NCBI GenBank assembly: GCA_963790205.1
Contig: CAWBNQ010000001.1
Location: 1,024,001-1,088,000 of the forward strand
Source: Nitrospirota bacterium
Lineage (GTDB): Bacteria > Nitrospirota > UBA9217
Length of the DNA stretch: 64,000 nt
Reading direction: 5' to 3'
Shown: piece after piece, positions 56,171 through 64,000 of the stretch
Numbering within the stretch: the stretch's first letter is position 1
How the letters are laid out: each line of letters opens with the position of its first letter
Position numbers and translations under genes: made by a program
Notes under the pieces: generated by a model
What the model saw: only the letters and a program-made list of their open reading frames with translations
The model's database searches: none
What the model was told of the DNA's origin: nothing

Positions 56171-56588
56171 CATTGATGTCCGGTAAAAATTAAAAAGGCA
56201 TGGCCTGCGAACCTCTTTTGTTAAATAATAGAATTCTCCCAAACCCTATTGTCACAAGGAGGAACAAGCCATGCGCAAGTTGGAAACGATCTTCAGAGAA
56301 CTGCTGAAACTTGTACCGAGATATCAGTTCGAAAAAGCTGTAAAGCAGTACCAAGGGGACCGATATGTCAAGTCCTATACGACGTGGCACCAGTATGTCA
56401 CGATCCTGTTCTCCCAGGTCAAGCAAAAAGACAGTATCCGGGACATCGTAACGGGACTGGAGGCTAATGAGTCCCGATGGTATCATCTGGGGCTCACCGG
56501 CGTTCATCGGAGCACCTTCTCGGACGCCAACAATAAGCGGAGCTTTCAGATATTTGAGAATTTGTTTTATCATCTTTTTTCTCGCTGC
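56171..56588 (+). mobile_element. Truncated IS4-family element (left end and DUF4372-like N-terminal transposase part only)
   Basis: ORF from 56271 with AAGGAGG RBS: IFRELLKLVPR..F, DRYVK, S.RDI, YHLG...RST.SDAN..R; no DDE domain follows. Confidence 0.75.
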
Positions 56589-57009
56589 AATGATGGAAGA
56601 GTGCTCAAGAAATATGCCAAGAGTTTTACAGTCGAATCACCTGTCGTCGTCATTGATGAAGCAGGAAGCGGTACAGAACACCGTATTGCCGTTGCCGACC
56701 TTAAGGCGATATTCCTTATCAAGTCCTTCGAGGGCAATAAAAAGTATCGAGAAAAAAAAGCCTTCGGCGCCAGTACGCATGATGGACATAAGGTGTACGT
56801 CAAATTCAATGATCAGGAGTCTCTGGTGGGCTTTGTCGAAGGTGAGATCCCCTGGGACAAGGGGTTTTTTGTATCCAGAGACGGCAGCAAGGTAAAAGGC
56901 TTTTTTTTTGATCCCTGTGGACCGCGACAGCAATAATGTGAAAGTGTTCGTTGTCGAAACGTCGGTCGAAGATGTGACGATCATAATGAAGGTAAAGGTC
57001 CCGACGTGA
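56589..57009 (+). pseudogene. DUF6982-like gene lacking its start, fused in frame to the IS4 fragment; frameshift in a T9 run
   Basis: NDGRVLK...LKAIF.IKSFEGN...VKFND.E.LVG...GFF then (shifted) LIPVD..SNN.KVFV. Confidence 0.6.
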
Positions 57010-57121
57010 AGAACGGGGCTGGGGCCGGCTGAGCCGAGAAGTGGAATAAGAGCGCCGACAGCATCACAACTAACCTAAACTCATTCAAACCCGGCTGTTG
57101 AAAAAAAAAGCCCGGGCTTTT

Positions 57122-57643
57122 TTATTGTGCGCCGATATTTTTGACCTTGTCCGTAGCCTTGAACGGAGGCGTTGGCTGCGAAAGATTGTCCTTTCCGGAT
57201 GTCTGCTGGTCCGGCGCCGGTTCAGCAGGTTGGGATGGCGCTGCGGGGGCAGGCGACGGCTCAGGTTCAGTTGATTTCGGCTCCTGCTTCGCTTCACCTG
57301 CTTCGGCCGGTTTGAACCTGCTCGGAGTGAAACCGGGGTTCAGCTCGTAGGCTTTATCAAAGCACTCGACCGATTTTTTTCTGCTCTCCGCGTCACCTTT
57401 TCTGCCCTTCATATAATAAGCGTAACCCAGGTAATAATATGCCTCTGCATCAGGATTGATTGTAACAGCCTCCTCAAGCTCCTTGATGGCGGCGTCATAT
57501 TTTTTTTCCTTGAGATGGGCGATGCCTTTTTCGATGTGGGGGGCCGCGGCTTTGACGTCGAAAAGCTCTTCCTCGGCATAAGCGAGCTGCGCGCCCGCAA
57601 GAACGACTACACTCACCAGCAGTATGACCAGGGTTCTTCGCAT
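57122..57643 (-). CDS. Exported TPR protein with Pro/Ala-rich tail
   Basis: GGAGG RBS, signal peptide, AYYYLGYAY TPR motifs. Confidence 0.85.
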   Translation of the reverse strand: MRRTLVILLVSVVVLAGAQLAYAEEELFDVKAAAPHIEKGIAHLKEKKYDAAIKELEEAVTINPDAEAYYYLGYAYYMKGRKGDAESRKKSVECFDKAYELNPGFTPSRFKPAEAGEAKQEPKSTEPEPSPAPAAPSQPAEPAPDQQTSGKDNLSQPTPPFKATDKVKNIGAQ

Positions 57644-57887
57644 CGTCCCTCCTAAAACAATAGACTTATCTAACCATATCATAGACCTGCGATAGATGTC
57701 AACAAGACTGTCGCTGGTGAAGGACGTGGGGGATAAAATTGTCGAATGCTTAAAAGACGCATGAACACCGGTGAATATATATTATTCTTGAATAATGGGC
57801 GGTTCGGCTTCGACAAAATATTCCTCATTCTCAGGCCCCCCCTTTGCCGTACGCTGGAAAACCCCGTAATAACAGTATGTTGCTTTT

Positions 57888-57903
57888 TGGCATGCCGATT
57901 GAA
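57888..57903 (+). promoter_or_regulatory. Putative sigma54 (-24/-12) promoter
   Basis: TGGCATG-CCGA-TTGAA vs consensus TGGCACG-N4-TTGCW. Confidence 0.5.
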
Positions 57904-57923
57904 TATAGAATGAGCCTAAGCAT

Positions 57924-57994
57924 GAACGATGGGCACTGTCACCCCCCCCTATCTCCCTACCCCGGAGATATATCCCTGACAGTGCCCATTGTTC
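57924..57994 (+). ncRNA. Candidate structured RNA: 18-bp stem with C-rich internal loop
   Basis: GAACGATGGGCACTGTCA / TGACAGTGCCCATTGTTC, inner TATCTCC/GGAGATA, C8 tract. Confidence 0.4.
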
Positions 57995-58050
57995 GGCTTT
58001 TCTGAAAGAAAAAGGTCAGCGGAACGAGGGGGCAGTAAAAGGAGCAAGCA

Positions 58051-58386
58051 ATGTTATACAACAATTCTAGTGTCGAAAACATCAGCCCTGATCAATTGAA
58101 CGAGAAAAGGGAGCCGGGAGATGATTTTTTTCTTCTCGACGTAAGGACTCCTGCGGAGCATGCTCAACAGGCAATCCCCGGCTCTTATCACATCCCGCTC
58201 CAGGAACTAGGACATCGGATGCGCGATTTGCCGAAGGACAAGGAGATTGTCGTGTACTGCAGGGTCGGAACCCGCAGCGCCTATGCCTGTGCCTTTCTTG
58301 CAAAACAGGGCTACAAAGTAAAAAATCTTGAAGGCGGAATCATGCTATGGAATATGGCTGGAAATGTTTCAATGATGAGAGCGTAA
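58051..58386 (+). CDS. Rhodanese-like sulfurtransferase
   Basis: LLDVR...E...IPG, YCRVGTRS, LEGG..W. Confidence 0.92.
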   Translation: MLYNNSSVENISPDQLNEKREPGDDFFLLDVRTPAEHAQQAIPGSYHIPLQELGHRMRDLPKDKEIVVYCRVGTRSAYACAFLAKQGYKVKNLEGGIMLWNMAGNVSMMRA

Positions 58387-58388
58387 CG

Positions 58389-59741
58389 ATGAAGACGGAG
58401 CATTGTAAACTCACGGTTATCGCCGTCACTATCGTGCTGGTTATCCTGCTGACGCTCGTCGTGGCGGCGTACAGCTACGCGGCCGAGAACCTCACGCTGG
58501 AGCAGGCGGTGGACACGGCGCTCAGGAACAACCCCGGCCTCAAAGCCGCTGACGCGCAGGTCGAGGCGGCTGACGCCGGCGTGCTCAGGTCCGCATCAGG
58601 GTTCCTGCCGAAGGTGAATCTTTCGGAAACGTGGAGCAAGACCGACAATCCGCTCATGGTCCTGGGAACGAAGCTGAACCAGGAAATCGTAACGCCGGCG
58701 GACTTCAATCCCACGGTGATAAACCATCCGGAGCCGCTGTCGAACTACAACACGCGGCTGTCGGTCATGCAGCCCCTGTTCAACGGCGGCAAAGAATACC
58801 TCGGCAGGGAGCAGGCAAAGCTCGGCCGGGACGCTTCAATCCAGGACCGGGAACGGGCGCGGCAGGAGACGGTCTACAACGTCATCAAGGCCTATTACGG
58901 GCTGCTGCTTGCGAAGGAATACAACAAGGTCGCGGTCCAGTCCCTCGAAACGAGCGCGGCGAACGTGAAGCTCGCCGAGGCGCGGTTCAAGGCTGGAGCG
59001 GTGCTTCAGTCCGATCTGCTTCGGGCCAAGGTGCAGTTTGCCGAAGTAAAAGATATGGCGAGCCGGTCGGAGAACAACATCAAACTCGCAGCGGCAAACC
59101 TCAACTTTTCCATGGGAGTTCCCCAGGCCTCGGAGCACGAGATTTCCGGCTCGCTCACCGAGCAGGGCTTCGCTGCCGATATAAACAACGTGATCAGCGA
59201 GGCCGAAGCCAAACGGCCCGATCTCATAGCCATGAACCTGAACCTCAAAAACTCGGAAAAATCGGTAAGTCAGGCCCGCGCCGATTACCTGCCGAGCCTT
59301 AATTTCATGGGGCAGGTGGATTGGAACAGCAACGCGGTCGCGGGCGACGACGCCAAGAGCTGGGCCGTCATGGCCGTGCTCCAGTGGAACCTCTTTGACG
59401 GCATGGTCACCCGCTCCAGGGTCAAGGAGGCGCTGGCCACGAGCAGCAGAATGAACGCGCTGGAAAAGCAGACACGCGAGGGGGTCGAGCTCCAGGTCAG
59501 GCAGGCCTATTACAATGTAACCGCTTCCCGCGACCGCATCGCGGCGACGGCCTCGTCGGTACAGGAGGCGGAAGAAGGTCTGCGCATCGTGCAGAGGCGC
59601 TATGAAACGGGAATGACCACCTTTGTTGATGTGCTTGGCGCAGAAAACGCGCTGATCAGAGCCAGGACGAACGCGCTCCAGGCGCTCTACGACAACAACA
59701 CGGCTCAGGCAGAGCTCAAACTGGCAGTAGGAACGCTTTGA
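58389..59741 (+). CDS. TolC-family outer membrane protein
   Basis: LTLEQAV..AL.NNP, LP...L, RF.AG, RYETG repeats. Confidence 0.93.
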   Translation: MKTEHCKLTVIAVTIVLVILLTLVVAAYSYAAENLTLEQAVDTALRNNPGLKAADAQVEAADAGVLRSASGFLPKVNLSETWSKTDNPLMVLGTKLNQEIVTPADFNPTVINHPEPLSNYNTRLSVMQPLFNGGKEYLGREQAKLGRDASIQDRERARQETVYNVIKAYYGLLLAKEYNKVAVQSLETSAANVKLAEARFKAGAVLQSDLLRAKVQFAEVKDMASRSENNIKLAAANLNFSMGVPQASEHEISGSLTEQGFAADINNVISEAEAKRPDLIAMNLNLKNSEKSVSQARADYLPSLNFMGQVDWNSNAVAGDDAKSWAVMAVLQWNLFDGMVTRSRVKEALATSSRMNALEKQTREGVELQVRQAYYNVTASRDRIAATASSVQEAEEGLRIVQRRYETGMTTFVDVLGAENALIRARTNALQALYDNNTAQAELKLAVGTL

Positions 59742-59816
59742 AATGCGGAATTAAAGTCAAAATACAATCTGCCCGATGATGGGGGTGGATGTTAAAGAAA
59801 TAAGAAGGAGAACGTT

Positions 59817-60905
59817 ATGGATATTGAAATCGTGAAAAAAAAGATCAAAAACTTGAACAAGAAGGTTCTCTACGGATTATCTGTCACTGCCATCATCACG
59901 GTGCTGGGTGCGGGCTATGTCCTCTTCGGAAAAGACACAAGCTATGCAGGCGTGCCGAAGCCGGAAGCTCCGTTGCAGGTTTCGACAATTTCCATCGAAC
60001 CCAGTACCATCGACGCTGTGGTGTCCGCCGCAGGGGCAGTGGGCTCCAGGAACACGTCGGTACTCTCGAGCAAGATCATGGGCAAAGTAACGGCCTTGAC
60101 CGTGAATGAGGGAGACTTCGTCAAACAGGGCAAGCTGCTTCTGCGGATCGAAAGCGGCGAGATCAGCGCCCAGGCCTACCAGGCCCAGGCGGCCTACAAC
60201 AACGCCAAGCTTCAATACGACCGCATCAAGACCCTCTTTGACGAAAAAGCGGCCACCCAGATGGAGATGGACCAGGCAACGCTGGGAATCGAGTCTGCCA
60301 AGGCGGGGTTGAACGCTGCCAAGGCCATGGAGAGCTACACGACGATCACGGCGCCGATCGACGGCCGGATCGTCGAGAAACGGATCAACCTGGGCGAGAT
60401 GGCGCTTCCGGGCCAGCCGGTCCTCAAAATTGAAGACAACAAACACCTGCGGCTTGAAGTGACCATGCGGGAGCAGGACATTCGCTTCGTGGAGCCCGGC
60501 AAGTCCGTGACGGTCCGCATCGACGCCCTGCCCGGAAAAGAGATCAAAGCGCGTGTGGCCCAGGTGGTCCCTGCTTCGGACCTGCGGACCCATTCGTTCG
60601 TCGTCAAGATAGACATCCCGGCGGACAAGGGGCTGATCACCGGCATGTACGGCAAGGCATATTTCAGCACCGGAACGCGTCAGGCGCTCCTGGTTCCAAA
60701 GACCGCCCTGGTCACGCTGTCGGGCCTTACCGGCGTGTACATTGTCTCGCCAGACGGCAACGCACAGTTCCAGATGATCCAGCCCGGCGACGCCTACGGC
60801 GACAGTGTCGAGGCCCTCACTGGGCTCAAGGCCGGCGATAGCGTGGTCGTGAACAAACAGGAAGCAAGGATCGACGGGAGAAAAGTCGTCATGGCGCAGA
60901 AGTAA
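59817..60905 (+). CDS. RND efflux periplasmic adaptor
   Basis: N-terminal TM, G.V...V.EGD.VK.G, ITAPIDG, GMYG. Confidence 0.93.
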   Translation: MDIEIVKKKIKNLNKKVLYGLSVTAIITVLGAGYVLFGKDTSYAGVPKPEAPLQVSTISIEPSTIDAVVSAAGAVGSRNTSVLSSKIMGKVTALTVNEGDFVKQGKLLLRIESGEISAQAYQAQAAYNNAKLQYDRIKTLFDEKAATQMEMDQATLGIESAKAGLNAAKAMESYTTITAPIDGRIVEKRINLGEMALPGQPVLKIEDNKHLRLEVTMREQDIRFVEPGKSVTVRIDALPGKEIKARVAQVVPASDLRTHSFVVKIDIPADKGLITGMYGKAYFSTGTRQALLVPKTALVTLSGLTGVYIVSPDGNAQFQMIQPGDAYGDSVEALTGLKAGDSVVVNKQEARIDGRKVVMAQK

Positions 60906-60981
60906 TTGCGGAATGCGAATTGCGGATTAAATTCAAGAACAGCCCGAACTTATCTGCGTATATCTGCGTCATCTGCGGATA
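60905..60981. repeat. Adjacent 7-mer and 9/10-mer tandem repeats in the intergenic gap
   Basis: TGCGGAA TGCGAAT TGCGGAT; ATCTGCGTAT ATCTGCGTC ATCTGCGGA. Confidence 0.6.
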
Positions 60982-60999
60982 AAAAAGGTATTATATAGA

Positions 61000-63900
61000 A
61001 TGAAACTGAATATCAGCGGAAAGATAACTCAATACTTCATCAACTCCCAGCTTACCGTACTTCTGATGGCGGCCACCGCGATTCTGGGAATCTTTGCGCT
61101 CACCTTTACGCCGCGCGAGGAAAACCCCCATATCACCGTGCCTGCGGCGAACGTGATGGTGATGCTCCCGGGGGCCTCGGCAAAAGAGGTTGAGGAACTG
61201 GTCTCGAAAAAACTTGAAGCAAAGCTCTGGGAGATCCCGGGAGTGGAGGACGTCTATTCGGTCTCGATGAACTCGATGTCCATGGTGACCGTCAAGTTCT
61301 ATGTGGGCCAGGACAAGGAGCGGTCGATGGTCAAGCTCTACGACAAGCTCATGTCCAACATGGATGTCGCTCCTCCCGGCGCGTCCCAACCCCTCGTAAA
61401 GCCCATCGACGTGGATGACGTGCCGATCGTGGCGATAACGCTTTCGGCCGCGCCGGGATCGACCTATGACGACGCACAGCTCAGACTCGTGGCGGACCAC
61501 GTGCTGGACGAACTCCGGAGGGCCCCCGGCGTGGGCAACACCGTCGTGATCGGCGGCAGGAGCCGCCAGGTACGGGTGACGCTCGATCCGCAGAAAATGG
61601 CGGGGTACGGCCTCTCGCCGCTCCAGATCGCCGGGGTCATCAATGCATCGAACGCCAATCTGTTGTCCGGAGACCTCGACCAGGGCGGCAAAAAGCTGGC
61701 CCTCGAGACGGGCGGGTTTTTCGAGAAGGCGGACGACGTAAAGAACGCCGTAGTCGGCGTGTCGAACGGAAGGCCGGTGTATCTGGGCGATGTGGCCGAC
61801 GTGACCGACGGCTTCGAGGAAACGGTGAAGCTTACGCGCATCGCCTTCGGTGCGGGGCACGCTCAGCATGCCGCGGTGCAGGACGCGTCGAGCGCCGGCC
61901 TCGAGCGGCCTGCGGTCACCATCGCGCTGGCAAAGCGGCAGAAGCTCAATGCCGTGAAGATATCGAACGAAATCCTGAAGAAGCTCGATGAACTGAAGAA
62001 AACGCAGATCCCTCCGGGGATCGCGGTTACCGTTACGAGGAACGATGGGAAGACCGCCAACGACGCCGTGAACGAACTCGTGTTCCATCTGGCGGTCTCG
62101 ATCATTGTTGTGATCGCCCTGCTGTTCTTCACCCTCGGCTGGCGCGAAGCGGCGATCGTGGCCCTGGCCATCCCGCTCACGCTGTTCATCACTCTTGCCG
62201 TGGGCATGGTGCTGGGCCAGACCATCAACAGGATCACGCTCTTTGCCCTGATCCTGTCGCTCGGTCTGCTTGTGGACGACGCCATCGTGGTGGTCGAGAA
62301 CATCCATCGTCATTACAAACTGCAGCAGCATTCGCGGCTCCAGAGCGCGATCATGGCTGTGAACGAGATCGGCATGCCCACCATCCTGGCGACCCTGACC
62401 GTGGTGCTTGCCTTCCTCCCCATGGCCTTTGTGACCGGGATGATGGGGCCGTACATGATGCCCATACCCTTTAACGTGCCCGTGGCGATGATCGTTTCGC
62501 TCATGGTGGCCTTTGTTGTCACACCTTGGGCGAGCTACCGGTTGATGAAGGCCGGCCATCGTGACGAGAAGGTACAGCCGCTCGAAGATACGAGGACCTA
62601 CCTCCTGTATAAGAGGGTGCTTGCGCCGCTGCTCGTGAACCCGAAAAAGCGCAAGGTCTTCCTCGGCATTATCATGACCGTGTTCGTGATCGCCATGACC
62701 TTCCCTTTGTTCCAATTGGTGAAGTTCCGCATGCTGCCCAAGGCGAACAAAAACACGTTCCTCGTTTCCATTGATATGCCGGCAGGCACGGTGATCGAGA
62801 ACACGGACCGTGTGGCGCGCGCCGTGGGCGACTATGTCCGGCACATTCCCGAGGTCAAGGACTACGAGACCTTTGTCGGAACTGGTTCGGTCATGGATTT
62901 TAACGGCTTGCTCAGGGGCGGCGCGTTTCGCGAGGCAAGCCACTTCGCCGATATCCGCGTGAACCTCGTGGACAAAGAGGAGCGGAAGATCACGAGCGAA
63001 AAGCTGGTGCTCAAGATCAGGCCCGATATCGATAAACTCGGACAGGAGTACGGCGCCAATATCAAGCTCGTGGAGGACCCGCCGGGGCCGCCGGTCCGCG
63101 CCACGGTGGTGGCCGAGATCTATGGACCGGATTACAACCGGCAGCGCACAATCGCCCAGGACATCAAGGCGCTCTTCGCGAGAACCGACCAAGTCGTCGA
63201 CATCGACGACTCGGTCAAGGAGAAGCAGGACAAGTACCAGCTCCTGGTGGACAAGGAAAAGGCGGCGCTCACGGGCGTATCGACGGAGCAGATCGTCCAG
63301 GTCCTGCGGATGTCGGTGGCAGGCATGGCCGTTTCGACCCTCCATGTCCCGGCGGCCAAGACCCCCGTGGCGATCATGCTGCGGCTTCCCAAGGGAGACC
63401 GCACGGGCATCAGCGTCATGGACAGGGTATACCTGACCGGCGCCCAGGGCAACCAGGTGCCGCTCTCGTCCCTCATAAAGGTCGTGCCGTCTGAGATGGA
63501 CAAAGCCATCTATCACAAGAACCTCGAGCCCGTGACCTACGTGTACGGCGAAATGGGGAACCGGAGCCAGGTTTACGCGGTCCTCGATATGATGCAGTAT
63601 CTCTGGAAGCACCCGCTGCCCGAAGGCTACCGGATCAACTGGGACGGAGAGATGAAACTCACCCTCGACGTGTTCCGGGACCTGGGCGCGGCCATGGGCG
63701 TGGCGCTCATCGCCATCTATCTGCTGCTCGTAGGCCGCTTCCGCTCCTTCACGATCCCAATGATCATCATGGCGGCGATTCCGCTCTCGATGATCGGCAT
63801 CATGCCGGGCTTTGCGATGACGGGCGTGTACTTCAGCGCCACCTCGATGATCGGCGTCATCGCCCTGGCAGGCATCGTGGTCAGAAACTCGATCGTGCTT

Positions 63901-64000
63901 CTGGAATTCATCCTGGACAAGAAGCAGGAAGGCATGCCGCTTGAGCAGGCGCTGATCGAGGCGGGGGCCATCCGCACCAGGCCTATCGTGCTCACTGCCG
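61000..64000 (+). CDS. RND (AcrB-family) permease, 3' truncated by window edge
   Basis: Read directly from the sequence: MKLNISGK..PREENP.I, LGLLVDDAIVVVEN, GIVVRNSI; absent from the ORF track because no stop occurs in the window. Confidence 0.93.
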   Translation, partial: MKLNISGKITQYFINSQLTVLLMAATAILGIFALTFTPREENPHITVPAANVMVMLPGASAKEVEELVSKKLEAKLWEIPGVEDVYSVSMNSMSMVTVKFYVGQDKERSMVKLYDKLMSNMDVAPPGASQPLVKPIDVDDVPIVAITLSAAPGSTYDDAQLRLVADHVLDELRRAPGVGNTVVIGGRSRQVRVTLDPQKMAGYGLSPLQIAGVINASNANLLSGDLDQGGKKLALETGGFFEKADDVKNAVVGVSNGRPVYLGDVADVTDGFEETVKLTRIAFGAGHAQHAAVQDASSAGLERPAVTIALAKRQKLNAVKISNEILKKLDELKKTQIPPGIAVTVTRNDGKTANDAVNELVFHLAVSIIVVIALLFFTLGWREAAIVALAIPLTLFITLAVGMVLGQTINRITLFALILSLGLLVDDAIVVVENIHRHYKLQQHSRLQSAIMAVNEIGMPTILATLTVVLAFLPMAFVTGMMGPYMMPIPFNVPVAMIVSLMVAFVVTPWASYRLMKAGHRDEKVQPLEDTRTYLLYKRVLAPLLVNPKKRKVFLGIIMTVFVIAMTFPLFQLVKFRMLPKANKNTFLVSIDMPAGTVIENTDRVARAVGDYVRHIPEVKDYETFVGTGSVMDFNGLLRGGAFREASHFADIRVNLVDKEERKITSEKLVLKIRPDIDKLGQEYGANIKLVEDPPGPPVRATVVAEIYGPDYNRQRTIAQDIKALFARTDQVVDIDDSVKEKQDKYQLLVDKEKAALTGVSTEQIVQVLRMSVAGMAVSTLHVPAAKTPVAIMLRLPKGDRTGISVMDRVYLTGAQGNQVPLSSLIKVVPSEMDKAIYHKNLEPVTYVYGEMGNRSQVYAVLDMMQYLWKHPLPEGYRINWDGEMKLTLDVFRDLGAAMGVALIAIYLLLVGRFRSFTIPMIIMAAIPLSMIGIMPGFAMTGVYFSATSMIGVIALAGIVVRNSIVLLEFILDKKQEGMPLEQALIEAGAIRTRPIVLTA

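Noticed and set aside
60991..63612. 873-aa minus-strand ORF
   Set aside because: Antisense shadow of the RND permease on the plus strand

Overview
GC-rich bacterial chromosome segment, most likely Nitrospirota judged by eye from the 16S sequence (not database-checked). It is mostly housekeeping DNA: galT-glgA-sensor kinase-response regulator-rlmD, a pterin/folate operon, hemE-hemH-hemY, ABC transporters, gap-pgk-tpiA-secG, ribF, tyrS, a complete 16S-tRNA(Ile)-tRNA(Ala)-23S-5S operon, smpB and a rhodanese-TolC-MFP-RND operon. Accessory content: (i) an FHA / Ser-Thr kinase / FHA-sigma54 activator module; (ii) a 3.1-kb TGT...ACA element with about 52-bp inverted repeats encoding two different DDE integrases and two HTH proteins, one overprinted on the first transposase; (iii) an AT-rich island with a SIR2-STAND (Avs5-like) defence gene split cleanly by an IS630 element, and a duplicated 33-bp promoter; (iv) a GxxExxY nuclease gene bracketed by 22-bp inverted repeats, with an empty copy of the same repeat 2 kb away and many related 7- or 9-nt-periodic palindromes in intergenic gaps; (v) an uncalled 21-aa Lys/Cys-rich microprotein; (vi) a sigma54-type promoter followed by a long C-rich hairpin. 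Several conserved genes carry frameshifts, probably assembly indel errors. All product calls come from motif recognition, not searches.
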